A stretch of 64,000 nt of DNA, from positions 32,001 through 96,000 of the IMG/VR virus record IMGVR_UViG_3300020156_000002. The stretch is one strand, 5' to 3'. Below are positions 63,823 through 64,000 of the stretch, in pieces (position 1 is the stretch's first letter; each line of letters begins with the position of its first letter). The notes under the pieces were generated by a model. That model made no database searches and was not told the DNA's origin. It saw only the letters and a program-made list of their open reading frames with translations. The translations under genes and the position numbers were made by a program. The stretch comes from a virus.

Positions 63823-64000
63823 AATATATATTTACACTCCTTTCAATTTACTCGTTAAAATGCATTAAAAAAGCACCTTAACTGAAAGGTGCGAATAATT
63901 TTCTACATTAAAAAAGAGCTATCTGACTTTGAATCAAACAGCCCTTTTATCATAATTTATTTAGTTTTATTTGTTACAATTCAACTTCAATTAAAACAAT

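Larger units (their letters stand above)
1..64000. mobile_element. Segment of a large temperate phage genome (SPbeta-like organisation) with an intact attP
   Basis: Phage replication, nucleotide-metabolism, xis/int, lysis and tail modules fill the whole window. No host housekeeping operons are present, and phage genes lie on both sides of the att core. Confidence 0.93.

Overview
This is an AT-rich segment of a large temperate Firmicutes phage, probably with a clostridial/Lachnospiraceae-type host (inference from protein style, sigmaA-type promoters and AGGAG RBSs), organised like SPbeta. The + strand (1-43544) carries a self-contained replication block (Sak3-like SSAP, SSB, DnaB, primase, PD-(D/E)XK nuclease, DnaE, ERCC4 nuclease, HD protein, ATP-dependent ligase). 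It also carries nucleotide-metabolism genes (nrdDG, dut, ThyX-like, Gmk-like, NDT-like), long runs of tiny hypothetical ORFs, a C5 DNA methyltransferase knocked out by an IS3 element, and xis-attP-int. The attP contains the 3' half of a tRNA-Gln(CTG). The - strand (43805-63822) carries the tape measure, Dit, tail, BppU-type fibre and lysis genes, plus morons (antirepressor module, PemK-like and PIN TA-like pairs). Main observations: (1) about 35 copies of an 18-bp imperfect palindrome, ATAAA(A/T)-N6-TTT(T/G)AT, each with a different 6-bp core, sit at the junctions between the small accessory ORFs, suggesting an integron-like gene-cassette system; (2) an ORF-less 457-nt group I intron splits the essential tape measure gene; (3) a tail fibre ends in a nucleoside-hydrolase-like domain; (4) two promoters are embedded inside terminator hairpins. 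All protein calls come from motif recognition by eye; no database searches were run.
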